A DNA stretch of 64,000 nt from Synergistaceae bacterium (lineage in GTDB: Bacteria; Synergistota; Synergistia; Synergistales; Synergistaceae), in contig OY821326.1 in NCBI GenBank assembly GCA_963682045.1, positions 1,293,211 to 1,357,210 of the forward strand, written 5' to 3'. The notes below the pieces were generated by a model that ran no database searches, was not told the DNA's origin, and saw nothing but the letters and a program-made list of their open reading frames with translations. Of the stretch, positions 29,080 through 37,526 are shown one piece after another. The position numbers and the translations under genes were made by a program. Numbering within the stretch: the first letter of the stretch is position 1; every line of letters begins with the position of its first letter.

Positions 29080-29778
29080 ATGGACTGGTTTCCTCTTTAT
29101 AATTCGTTGCGCGTAGCATCGATCTCAACATTTATAACATTTTTCCTCGGAATATTTGCCGCGCACTACATTGCAAAAACACCTCGTTTTATCAAAGGAA
29201 TACTTGATGGCATTCTGACTTTACCTCTGGTTTTACCTCCTACTGTAATTGGATTTTTTCTGTTAAATATAATAGGCCCTCTGGGACCGGTGGGTTCGCG
29301 AGTTCTTGAGGTATTTGGCTTTAAATTGACGATGACATGGTATTCGGCTGTTTTTGCAACAACAATAATTTCCTTTCCCCTGATCTATCGTACAGCACGC
29401 GGCGCGTTTGAATCATTTGACAGTACACTGCTCTACTCAGGACAAACTCTCGGATTATCGAATACCTTCCTATTCTGGCGGGTCGTGATGCCTAACTGCA
29501 AACAGGGAATCCTGGCTGGCGCAGTTCTTGCTTTTGCGCGTGCGCTTGGAGAGTTCGGAGCTACAACCATGGTCTCAGGCTATATTCCAGGCAGAACCGC
29601 AATAATATCTACAACTGTATACCAACTTTGGAGAGAAGGAAACGATGCTCTTGCCTATAAGTGGGTATTTATAAATCTTATAATCTCGTTTATGGTATTA
29701 GTAACAGTAAACATGCTCGAAAATCGTTATAAACAGCCCATTGGGGCAGCGAAAGATCATTTTGAGCATGAAGATTAG
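29080..29778 (+). CDS. modB: molybdate ABC transporter permease
   Basis: 232 aa, CysTW/ModB-type permease (ARALGEFGATTMVSG). Confidence 0.85.
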   Translation: MDWFPLYNSLRVASISTFITFFLGIFAAHYIAKTPRFIKGILDGILTLPLVLPPTVIGFFLLNIIGPLGPVGSRVLEVFGFKLTMTWYSAVFATTIISFPLIYRTARGAFESFDSTLLYSGQTLGLSNTFLFWRVVMPNCKQGILAGAVLAFARALGEFGATTMVSGYIPGRTAIISTTVYQLWREGNDALAYKWVFINLIISFMVLVTVNMLENRYKQPIGAAKDHFEHED

Positions 29779-29786
29779 GGGTAAAA

Positions 29787-30857
29787 ATGTCAATATACGT
29801 TAAAATAATTAAATCGTTCGGTAATTTTGTCCTTAATACCGAATTTGAAGCGGAAAATGAGATCCTGGCTCTCCTGGGGTCTTCAGGTTCCGGCAAAAGC
29901 ATGACGTTGAAATGCATAGCCGGCATAGTCAAACCGGATAAAGGATGTATCGTTGTAGACGGCGTAACATTGTTTGATTCAGATAAGAAGATCAACCTGA
30001 GCCCTCAGGAAAGACATGTCGGACTGCTTTTCCAAAACTACGCCCTTTTTCCTAATATGACGGTGGAACAGAATCTTTATACCGTTCTGAAAAACTGTAA
30101 TGGTCAAAAGAACACAAAAGAACGGTTAGACCTCCTTCTGGAAAGTTTTTATTTAACAGGACTTGAAAAACATTATCCCGGACAGCTTTCAGGAGGGCAG
30201 CAGCAGCGTGTCGCACTTGCCAGGATCATGGCAAGCAGCCCCCAAATTATAATGCTCGATGAACCATTATCCGCACTTGACAGTTACCTGCGGTGGCAGG
30301 TGGAAAGGGAGCTTTCGGAAATCCTGGGCAAATTTAAAGGAACAACGCTTTATGTTTCCCATAATCGTGATGAAGTTTATAGGTTATGCCAGAAGGTATG
30401 TGTCATAAACAAAGGACATTCTGAAAAGGTAAATTCGGTCGACGAATTCTTCAATTCTCCATCAACACTAGCGTCAGCTTTGTTATCGGGATGCAAAAAC
30501 TACTCAAAAGCAGAAAAACTATCTCATAACACTGTGCATGCTTTCGACTGGAAGGTTAACTTAAGGTGTGATACCTTTATACCTGATGATACGAAATATA
30601 TTGGCGTACGTGCTCATAGAATTCTTCCTTTTCGCATGGGTGATGAATGCCAAAACAAAGTTATTTGCCGCGTACTTGAGGTCAGACATGATCTCTTTTC
30701 CGTTATTATTACACTAACACCTCAGGACGCTGATCCCAAAAAAGAATTTTCTCAAATTAGAATGGAACTGCCTTCTATTGAGAATAATTCTGTTCAGCCG
30801 GGAGATATTATGGCAGTAAACATCCCTACTGATATGATTATGCCCTTAAGAAAATAA
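29787..30857 (+). CDS. modC: molybdate ABC transporter ATP-binding protein with a C-terminal TOBE-like domain
   Basis: 356 aa with Walker A GSSGSGKS, signature LSGGQQQR and Walker B IMLDEPLSALD, plus a C-terminal ~120-aa extension. Confidence 0.8.
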   Translation: MSIYVKIIKSFGNFVLNTEFEAENEILALLGSSGSGKSMTLKCIAGIVKPDKGCIVVDGVTLFDSDKKINLSPQERHVGLLFQNYALFPNMTVEQNLYTVLKNCNGQKNTKERLDLLLESFYLTGLEKHYPGQLSGGQQQRVALARIMASSPQIIMLDEPLSALDSYLRWQVERELSEILGKFKGTTLYVSHNRDEVYRLCQKVCVINKGHSEKVNSVDEFFNSPSTLASALLSGCKNYSKAEKLSHNTVHAFDWKVNLRCDTFIPDDTKYIGVRAHRILPFRMGDECQNKVICRVLEVRHDLFSVIITLTPQDADPKKEFSQIRMELPSIENNSVQPGDIMAVNIPTDMIMPLRK

Positions 30858-31289
30858 GCATATTTCACCATGCCACATAAGAACAGCCCAAGAATTTATC
30901 TGCACTCCCAAAATCAGGCTTGTTGGTAATTGAGACAAAAAACCCCGAACGATTTCAGCAGCTTGTTCAGGTTGAAGCCGCAGGATGCCACCAAGGCCGT
31001 TTATTTCATTCCACGATTCTGTCACTTTTCTTCGTTTGAACCTTTTATTCTGAGCCGCTGTGGCTTGCAACTTTGCTCCTGGGATAAAAACTTTATATTG
31101 CAGGTTTTCATGTAACTTTTTACTCCTGTATCCTTTGTCGCAGTAAACGTCTTCCTGACAGCGGCCAGCCATTTCCTCCATCCGGTTCAGTGTGTCCGGC
31201 GGTGCGGTGACGTCATTCGGTGATCCCTTGTATCTCCTTGCTCCAGGTGCCCAATTGCCTTTCAGGATCGTTACTGATGCATTCAGCAA
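30846..31289 (-). pseudogene. DDE transposase C-terminal remnant (IS5/IS1182-like)
   Basis: The 147-aa ORF contains a DKGY motif and a degenerate downstream block. It has no N-terminal catalytic region and I found no inverted repeats. It abuts and overlaps the modC stop. Confidence 0.45.
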
Positions 31290-31520
31290 ATTTTTTTATT
31301 CAATAACTACTTTATTCATGTTTTTCAGTGACGATTTGGTAATTTGAGGCCAACTGAACCCCTGCACATAATCACAAATGGATGATAAAGGAGAATCACG
31401 AATCGATAATAAATATTACTAAAATTTATGCTTTTAAATTAAAATTAACAATATAATCACTTATAGTTAGTAATTTCTCTATATAATTTATTTATTTCTG
31501 TAAAAACACAAAAACATCTC

Positions 31521-31549
31521 TTGACTCGATAATCTGATAAGACTATCAT
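31521..31549 (+). promoter_or_regulatory. near-consensus sigma70 promoter of pruA
   Basis: TTGACT (31521-31526), 17-nt spacer, TATCAT (31544-31549). Confidence 0.55.
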
Positions 31550-31561
31550 ACTTGCAACACT

Positions 31562-31584
31562 TAGATGCAACTTGGTTGCATCTA
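31562..31584. promoter_or_regulatory. perfect 10+3+10 palindrome TAGATGCAAC-TTG-GTTGCATCTA at the predicted start of the pruA transcript
   Basis: Read directly from the sequence. The core GCAAC-N3-GTTGC is shared with the modA, tup and Fur-operon sites. It may act as an operator or as a 5' stem-loop. Confidence 0.5.
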
Positions 31585-31608
31585 AAAAATATCAAGGGGG
31601 TTTTTGGT

Positions 31609-33240
31609 TTGAGCAACGCACTTTTTAGTTATGAAAAACCGTTTAATGATGTATCCAGAGATTATGCTCCGGGATCAATGGATAGAAAACTTCTAAAAGA
31701 AGCCATTGATGAAATATCTTCTAATGTCGCAGAAATACCTCTAATAATAGGCGGAGAAGAAATCTTTACAGGAAACACAGGCAATGTCGTTATGCCTCAC
31801 GATTACAAACACAGGCTGGCAGTCTATCACAAAGCAGGAAGTGCGGAAATGGAAATGGCCATCAAGGCGGCCCTTGATGCCCACAATAAATGGGCGGGCA
31901 TATCTTACACCGATCGCGCTGCGATAATTATGAAAATAGCGGAACTGATAAAAACAAAATATCGCTACATATTAAACGCAGCTACTATGATGGGGCAAAG
32001 CAAGAATGTATGGCAGGCTGAAATAGAATCGGCAAGCGAAACCATAGATTATTTCCATTATGCAGTCCATTATATGAGTGAAATTTATAAAAATCAGCCG
32101 TCATCAGAAAGTGGGGTTATTAACTGCATTGAATACAGACCTCTTGAAGGCTTTGTTTACGCAGTATCTCCGTTCAATTTCACTGCTCTCGCAGCAAACC
32201 TCCCGATGGCTCCCGTTCTGATGGGAAACACTGTGGTATGGAAACCGGCAACTACGTCTCTGCTGTCAAGCTATTACCTGATGAAGATTTATGCAGAAGC
32301 GGGCCTGCCTGCAGGCGTTTTAAACTTCATGCCGGGGCCGGGATCGGTAGGAAGCAAAGTCGTTCTGAACCATAAAGACCTGGCTGGGATACACTTTACT
32401 GGCTCGACACAGGTTTTCAATGGTCTGTGGAAGGGAATAGCTGAAAACCTGAATACATATAAGTCGTATCCTCGTTTAGTTGGGGAAACAGGTGGCAAAA
32501 ATTTCGTTTTCATGCATAATTCCGCAGATGCAACAGAGGTTACAACTGCGCTGGTAAGAGGCGCTTTTGAATATCAGGGACAGAAATGCTCTGCAACATC
32601 GCGCTGCTATATTCCAGCCAGCCGCTGGAATGAAGTGAAAACTGAGCTGGATACAATGATGGCAACCGTAAAAACAGGAGATCCGCGTGATTTCCGTAAT
32701 TTTGTAAATGCAGTCATTGACGAAGATTCTTTTGAAAATTGCATGAAATATATAGATTATGCAAAAAAATCACACGAAGCAGAAATACTTTATGGCGGCT
32801 CGGGGGATAAAAGCGTAGGATATTTTGTCCAGCCTACAATTATCAAAACAAACAACCCGCACTTCCTGACAATGGAAGAAGAAATATTCGGTCCGGTACT
32901 TACCCTCTTCGTTTATGAAGATGACAAATTTGAAGAAATGACGGAGATCTGCAATAATACGTCTCCATATGCATTGACCGGCAGTTTCTTCGCAAAGGAC
33001 CGTGCAGCAATAAGAAAATCACATGAAACACTGAAATACGCAGCAGGCAATTTCTACATAAACGACAAAACGACAGGAGCCTGTATAGGACTGCAGCCGT
33101 TCGGCGGCGGGCGGGCATCAGGGACAAATGACAAGGCCGGGAGCCAGTTGAACCTCTTAAAATGGGTTTCCCCGAGGACAATAAAAGAAATCCTTATGCC
33201 GCCGCGTTGGTATTCATATCCTTTTATGGAAGATAAATAA
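31609..33240 (+). CDS. pruA: L-glutamate gamma-semialdehyde (1-pyrroline-5-carboxylate) dehydrogenase
   Basis: Aldehyde dehydrogenase family with P5CDH-type motifs (GETGGKNF, EYQGQKCSA). I prefer the TTG at 31609 behind the AAGGGGG RBS. The track ORF begins at 31552, inside the palindrome. Confidence 0.8.
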   Translation: MSNALFSYEKPFNDVSRDYAPGSMDRKLLKEAIDEISSNVAEIPLIIGGEEIFTGNTGNVVMPHDYKHRLAVYHKAGSAEMEMAIKAALDAHNKWAGISYTDRAAIIMKIAELIKTKYRYILNAATMMGQSKNVWQAEIESASETIDYFHYAVHYMSEIYKNQPSSESGVINCIEYRPLEGFVYAVSPFNFTALAANLPMAPVLMGNTVVWKPATTSLLSSYYLMKIYAEAGLPAGVLNFMPGPGSVGSKVVLNHKDLAGIHFTGSTQVFNGLWKGIAENLNTYKSYPRLVGETGGKNFVFMHNSADATEVTTALVRGAFEYQGQKCSATSRCYIPASRWNEVKTELDTMMATVKTGDPRDFRNFVNAVIDEDSFENCMKYIDYAKKSHEAEILYGGSGDKSVGYFVQPTIIKTNNPHFLTMEEEIFGPVLTLFVYEDDKFEEMTEICNNTSPYALTGSFFAKDRAAIRKSHETLKYAAGNFYINDKTTGACIGLQPFGGGRASGTNDKAGSQLNLLKWVSPRTIKEILMPPRWYSYPFMEDK

Positions 33241-33308
33241 ATTCCGACAAACCTCTGTCTCTCCTTTCTCCTGGTGCCACCTACTTCAGAGTGGCGCCGA
33301 TAAAAAAG

Positions 33309-33350
33309 AGCGGGCCGAAGATTTTTTCCTTTCTTCGTCCCGCTTTTATT
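33309..33350. terminator. bidirectional terminator between convergent pruA and citF
   Basis: agcgggccgaaga / tcttcgtcccgct stem, flanked by an A-run and TTTATT. Confidence 0.55.
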
Positions 33351-33497
33351 GATCTGTTTGTACGTTCTGATCTGTCCTTGTTAGGCGGACAAGCTTCAAT
33401 GGGCCTGATGGGGCAGCGGCAGAAACCTTGTCAAACAACCTCTCTTCACACTTCAGTTCAAGTAGATGTTTTTGATATAGTGATTTGAAAATATACC

Positions 33498-35060
33498 CTA
33501 TTTCCTGCAATATACAGTATCTATAAGGGTCCCGTCGCGATATTCAACTACTGCAGCAATTTTATCGTGATCAAGTTCAGGCGGGCGCGGGATGCCTGTG
33601 AGTTTTTCGACTTCCTTCTTCAATGCCGTGATATCGACAACAGGGAGTCCTGATTTTAAAGCAGAGCCAAGAAGATCTTCCCTGAGCGGGTTAATGCAGA
33701 TCCCCCTCTCTGTTACGATGGCGTCAACTGTCTCACCGGGTGTTGTTACTGTTGTGACTCTGTCCTTTATTGAGGGAACTCCACCTCTGAATGATGGCGC
33801 GACTACTATAGAGAGCTTTGCTCCCGCGGCGGTATCCTGATGTCCGCCGGATGCCCCTCTGAGTACTCCATCGTGTCCGGTGAGTACGTTTACATTAAAA
33901 TCCGTATCGACCTCAAGAGCGGCAAGGATCACACAATCCAGGTTATGTACCATACACCCCGCGTTAAATGGGTTTGCGTACCACGAGGCATCTATTTCAA
34001 TATGGTTTGGATTTTCCTGCATCGACTTCGTGACAGCTGAATCAAAACTCTGGACATCAAAGACTGCATCAAAGAGCCCCTCCTCAAGCATGGCCGCCAT
34101 ATATCCGCCCACTCCGCCAAGTCCGAAGCTGCCGCGGAGACCTTTTCCCTTCATATATTCACCGAGGTATTTTGCCACAGCCAGGCTTGCCCCGCCCACT
34201 CCCATCTGAAAAGAGAAACCGGGTTCCAGTATTCCGGAAGCCTTCATCAGGCGGAAAGAATCTTTGGCGATCCTGAGATCAACAGGATTCCTTGTTATCC
34301 TTGCAGCTCCTGTAGCAATTTTTTTCGGATCTCCCAGACTGTCGACACATACTATGCTGTCAACAAGATACTGCGGTATAGAAATCCTGGGATTAAGCGG
34401 ATATTCTACTAGGTTGTCCGTTATAGCAACGACATGCTTCGCATGCCGCGCATCGGTCATCGCATAACCGAGGGAACCGCATGCGGAAGGCCCTGTACTG
34501 CCGGTGATATTACCAAGTGAATCGCAGGCAGGAGCTGCAAGGAATGCGACATCTATGGATATCGATCCTTCCTCTATAGCCCTGGCCCGTCCACCGTGGC
34601 TGCGGATCACAACGGGTATTTCCAGCTCGCCGTCGGATAGAAGCTTTCCGAGTTCGCCGCGGACTCCAGAAGTATAAAGACGGTTTATCAGGCCGCTGCG
34701 GATATAGTCAGCAATGCAGTCGTGGGCATCCGGTATTGAGCTTGGAGCAAGGGTAAGACCTTTAAAGCCCATTTTTCGCAGGATATCAAGGACCATGGGT
34801 ATCACAGCATCACCGTTTCTCAGATGGTGGTGGAATGAGATCGTCATGCCGTCTTTCAGCCCTGAGAGCTCCACAGCTTTCTCGATATTTTCAACGACCT
34901 TGCTCCGTGCAGGCGCCGGACGGCGCAGCTGTATCTGAGTCCCCGAAAATGCGCCGGGCTGACCGAGCATAGCAAATGGTGACTTATACGGAGCGAAAGA
35001 TCCTACTCCGGGGAGTTCAAGAGGGACACTTCTGCCAAGGGAATTCAATGCCATATCCAT
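33498..35060 (-). CDS. citF: citrate lyase alpha subunit (citrate CoA-transferase)
   Basis: 520 aa, CitF-like in length and sequence. It overlaps the citE stop by 1 nt. Confidence 0.85.
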   Translation of the reverse strand: MDMALNSLGRSVPLELPGVGSFAPYKSPFAMLGQPGAFSGTQIQLRRPAPARSKVVENIEKAVELSGLKDGMTISFHHHLRNGDAVIPMVLDILRKMGFKGLTLAPSSIPDAHDCIADYIRSGLINRLYTSGVRGELGKLLSDGELEIPVVIRSHGGRARAIEEGSISIDVAFLAAPACDSLGNITGSTGPSACGSLGYAMTDARHAKHVVAITDNLVEYPLNPRISIPQYLVDSIVCVDSLGDPKKIATGAARITRNPVDLRIAKDSFRLMKASGILEPGFSFQMGVGGASLAVAKYLGEYMKGKGLRGSFGLGGVGGYMAAMLEEGLFDAVFDVQSFDSAVTKSMQENPNHIEIDASWYANPFNAGCMVHNLDCVILAALEVDTDFNVNVLTGHDGVLRGASGGHQDTAAGAKLSIVVAPSFRGGVPSIKDRVTTVTTPGETVDAIVTERGICINPLREDLLGSALKSGLPVVDITALKKEVEKLTGIPRPPELDHDKIAAVVEYRDGTLIDTVYCRK

Positions 35061-35944
35061 TACGAGCCGCTCCTTTCAAAACCATAGAGATCTGCAAGCT
35101 CCAAAAGATGACGGGCCCTTGTTACAACTGGAGCATCTACCATTTTACCGTCTACCGATACTACCCCTTTGCCCTCTTTTTTAGCATTTTCCGCGGCTTC
35201 CGTTACGCGTAACGCTTTTCTGAATTCTTTTTCGTCCGGCATGAAAGCCTGATGTATCGTTTCTATCTGATCGGGATGTATGGCGGCCTTGCCGGTAAAG
35301 CCAAGACCCACTATCGATCTGCATTCTTTGAGAAGTCCTTCTTTATCAGTGATGTCTGCCCACACCGTGTCATATACATCCACACCGGCAGCGCGCGCTG
35401 CGACTACAACTCTGCTTCTGGCATAGAAAAGCTCCCAGCCCTCTTTCGTTTTCTGGACACCCATATCTGCCGTAAGGTCCTGTCCGCCCAGAGTAAGGGC
35501 CTGGACACGAGGGCATGCGGATGCTATAAAAAATGCGTTCTCGACACCTACTGCTGTTTCGATCATCGCATGGATCCTGACTTTTCCGACCGGGATGGAA
35601 TTAGCCTTTTCTATCTCTTCAATTTTTTTGTCCGCTGCCAAAACGTCTACGGGACCATTGCATTTCGGGATCCTTATGGCAGACGGCGAACATGGGATGA
35701 TCTCTTTCAGGTCGTCATCAAAAAATTCCGTATCCGCACCGTTTACCCTGACAGTTACGATGAGATCCTTAAAATCATAGTCCTGTAAATAGCAGGCAAC
35801 CATTTTTCTGGCTGCATCCTTCTCCGTGAGAGCAACTGCATCTTCAAGGTCGAGCAGTATGCTGTCAGCTCCGAATACCGGCGCATGCTGGATCATGCCG
35901 GGGGAGTCGCCAGGGATATATAGCATTGAACGGCAGGGCTTCAT
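35060..35944 (-). CDS. citE: citrate lyase beta subunit (citryl-CoA lyase)
   Basis: 294 aa, HpcH/CitE family (MLYIPGDSPGM, DLEDAV). Confidence 0.85.
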   Translation of the reverse strand: MKPCRSMLYIPGDSPGMIQHAPVFGADSILLDLEDAVALTEKDAARKMVACYLQDYDFKDLIVTVRVNGADTEFFDDDLKEIIPCSPSAIRIPKCNGPVDVLAADKKIEEIEKANSIPVGKVRIHAMIETAVGVENAFFIASACPRVQALTLGGQDLTADMGVQKTKEGWELFYARSRVVVAARAAGVDVYDTVWADITDKEGLLKECRSIVGLGFTGKAAIHPDQIETIHQAFMPDEKEFRKALRVTEAAENAKKEGKGVVSVDGKMVDAPVVTRARHLLELADLYGFERSGS

Positions 35945-36228
35945 TCTTTCGCCACTTCCTTTACCGCACGCATGAGAGCTGTTTCGAGTCGCGCCTTCAT
36001 TGTTATTTCAAGGGCCCCCTGGTCATGTATTGACACTTTGGCACCCGGCAGGGAATGCTGCTCTGCAATGTCCTCCACAAGCTGTCTCGTTCTTTCCGCA
36101 AAGACGGTACTGTTGGCCCCTTTATATTCAAGTTCCAGTTTTTCTGCCGGCGAAACAGTGACCACGCAGTCAGATGATTCCAATGTTCCGGCACTTGCCG
36201 TACGAATCAAAATCAACTTATTCATCAC
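35941..36228 (-). CDS. citD: citrate lyase acyl carrier protein (gamma subunit)
   Basis: 95 aa. The prosthetic-group serine motif AGTLESSD matches E. coli CitD AGTLESGD. Confidence 0.85.
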   Translation of the reverse strand: MMNKLILIRTASAGTLESSDCVVTVSPAEKLELEYKGANSTVFAERTRQLVEDIAEQHSLPGAKVSIHDQGALEITMKARLETALMRAVKEVAKE

Positions 36229-36293
36229 CTTTCATTCTTGGTTATATGTTTGAATGGAGGAGATACATACCTCCTCCATTTGCTTTTATACCT

Positions 36294-37499
36294 TTACTGG
36301 ATCCCGGCGGCGGCTGCATGCAGGAATTCTTCGGTTGTCACTGTCCTTTTGCTGTGCATATCAGCTATCGTTACCAAGTCTTTGGTCATTATTCCCGATT
36401 CTATGGTTTTTATTGAGGCTCTTTCAAGCCTGTCCGCAAAAGTCTGGAGTTCTTTTATTCCGTCAAGTTCACCGCGCTTCCTGAGAGCTCCCGACCATGC
36501 GAAAATAGTCGCCATCGGGTTGGTGGAAGTAGCTTCACCCTTGAGATATTTGTAATAGTGGCGGGTAACTGTACCGTGTGCCGCTTCGTATTCAAAGACG
36601 CCATCCGGGGAGACAAGCACCGATGTCATCATTGCAAGACTTCCGAATGCAGTGGCCACCATATCTGACATAACATCACCATCGTAGTTTTTGCAGGCCC
36701 AGATAAATCCCCCTTCAGAACGTATTACTCTTGCTACTGCATCATCGATCAGGGTGTAAAAATATTCTATCCCGCATTTTTCAAAATCCGCTTTAAATTC
36801 AGCGTCATATATTTCCTGGAAAATATCCTTGAATCGGTGGTCATACTTTTTTGAGATGGTGTCTTTCGTTGAGAACCAGAGAGGCTGTTTGGTCGCCAGT
36901 GCATATTTGAAGCATGAACGCGCAAAGCTTCTTATTGACCTGTCAAGGTTGTGCATTCCCATTACGACTCCGCCGCCCGTAAAGTCATGGATCAGCTCTT
37001 TTTGAACTTTCCCCTCGTCACCGTCTGCCGACTCAAATGTCATATAAACTTTGCCCGGGTCTTTGATAACCATCTCAACGTCTTTGTAAATATCGCCGTA
37101 TGCATGACGCGCGATCGTGATCGGCTTGTTCCACGTTCTTACAGAGGGGCTGATGCAGTCCAGAAAGATAGGAGACCTGAAGACGGTTCCGTCAAGTATC
37201 GCCCTTATTGTGCCGTTTGGGCTCTTCCACATCTGTTTAAGATCATATTCTTCGACTCTTTGCTGGTTGGGCGTTATTGTGGCACATTTTACGGCTACAC
37301 CGTATTTTTTTGCCGCTTCCGCAGCTTCTACAGTTATCCTGTCATCTGTTTCATCACGTTTTTTAAGTCCAAGGTCGTAGTATTCGGTTTTCAGGTCAAT
37401 GTAAGGTTCAAGCAGGATCTCTTTGATCTTTCCCCAGATGACCCTGGTCATCTCATCCCCGTCCATCTCTACCAACGGTGTCTTCATTGCAATTTTCAT
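36294..37499 (-). CDS. icd: NADP-dependent isocitrate dehydrogenase (about 400-aa homodimeric, eukaryote-like type)
   Basis: 401 aa ([20 protein letters not shown]). Confidence 0.9.
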   Translation of the reverse strand: MKIAMKTPLVEMDGDEMTRVIWGKIKEILLEPYIDLKTEYYDLGLKKRDETDDRITVEAAEAAKKYGVAVKCATITPNQQRVEEYDLKQMWKSPNGTIRAILDGTVFRSPIFLDCISPSVRTWNKPITIARHAYGDIYKDVEMVIKDPGKVYMTFESADGDEGKVQKELIHDFTGGGVVMGMHNLDRSIRSFARSCFKYALATKQPLWFSTKDTISKKYDHRFKDIFQEIYDAEFKADFEKCGIEYFYTLIDDAVARVIRSEGGFIWACKNYDGDVMSDMVATAFGSLAMMTSVLVSPDGVFEYEAAHGTVTRHYYKYLKGEATSTNPMATIFAWSGALRKRGELDGIKELQTFADRLERASIKTIESGIMTKDLVTIADMHSKRTVTTEEFLHAAAAGIQ

Positions 37500-37526
37500 A
37501 TCATTCCCACCCTTCTCTTCAGATAT

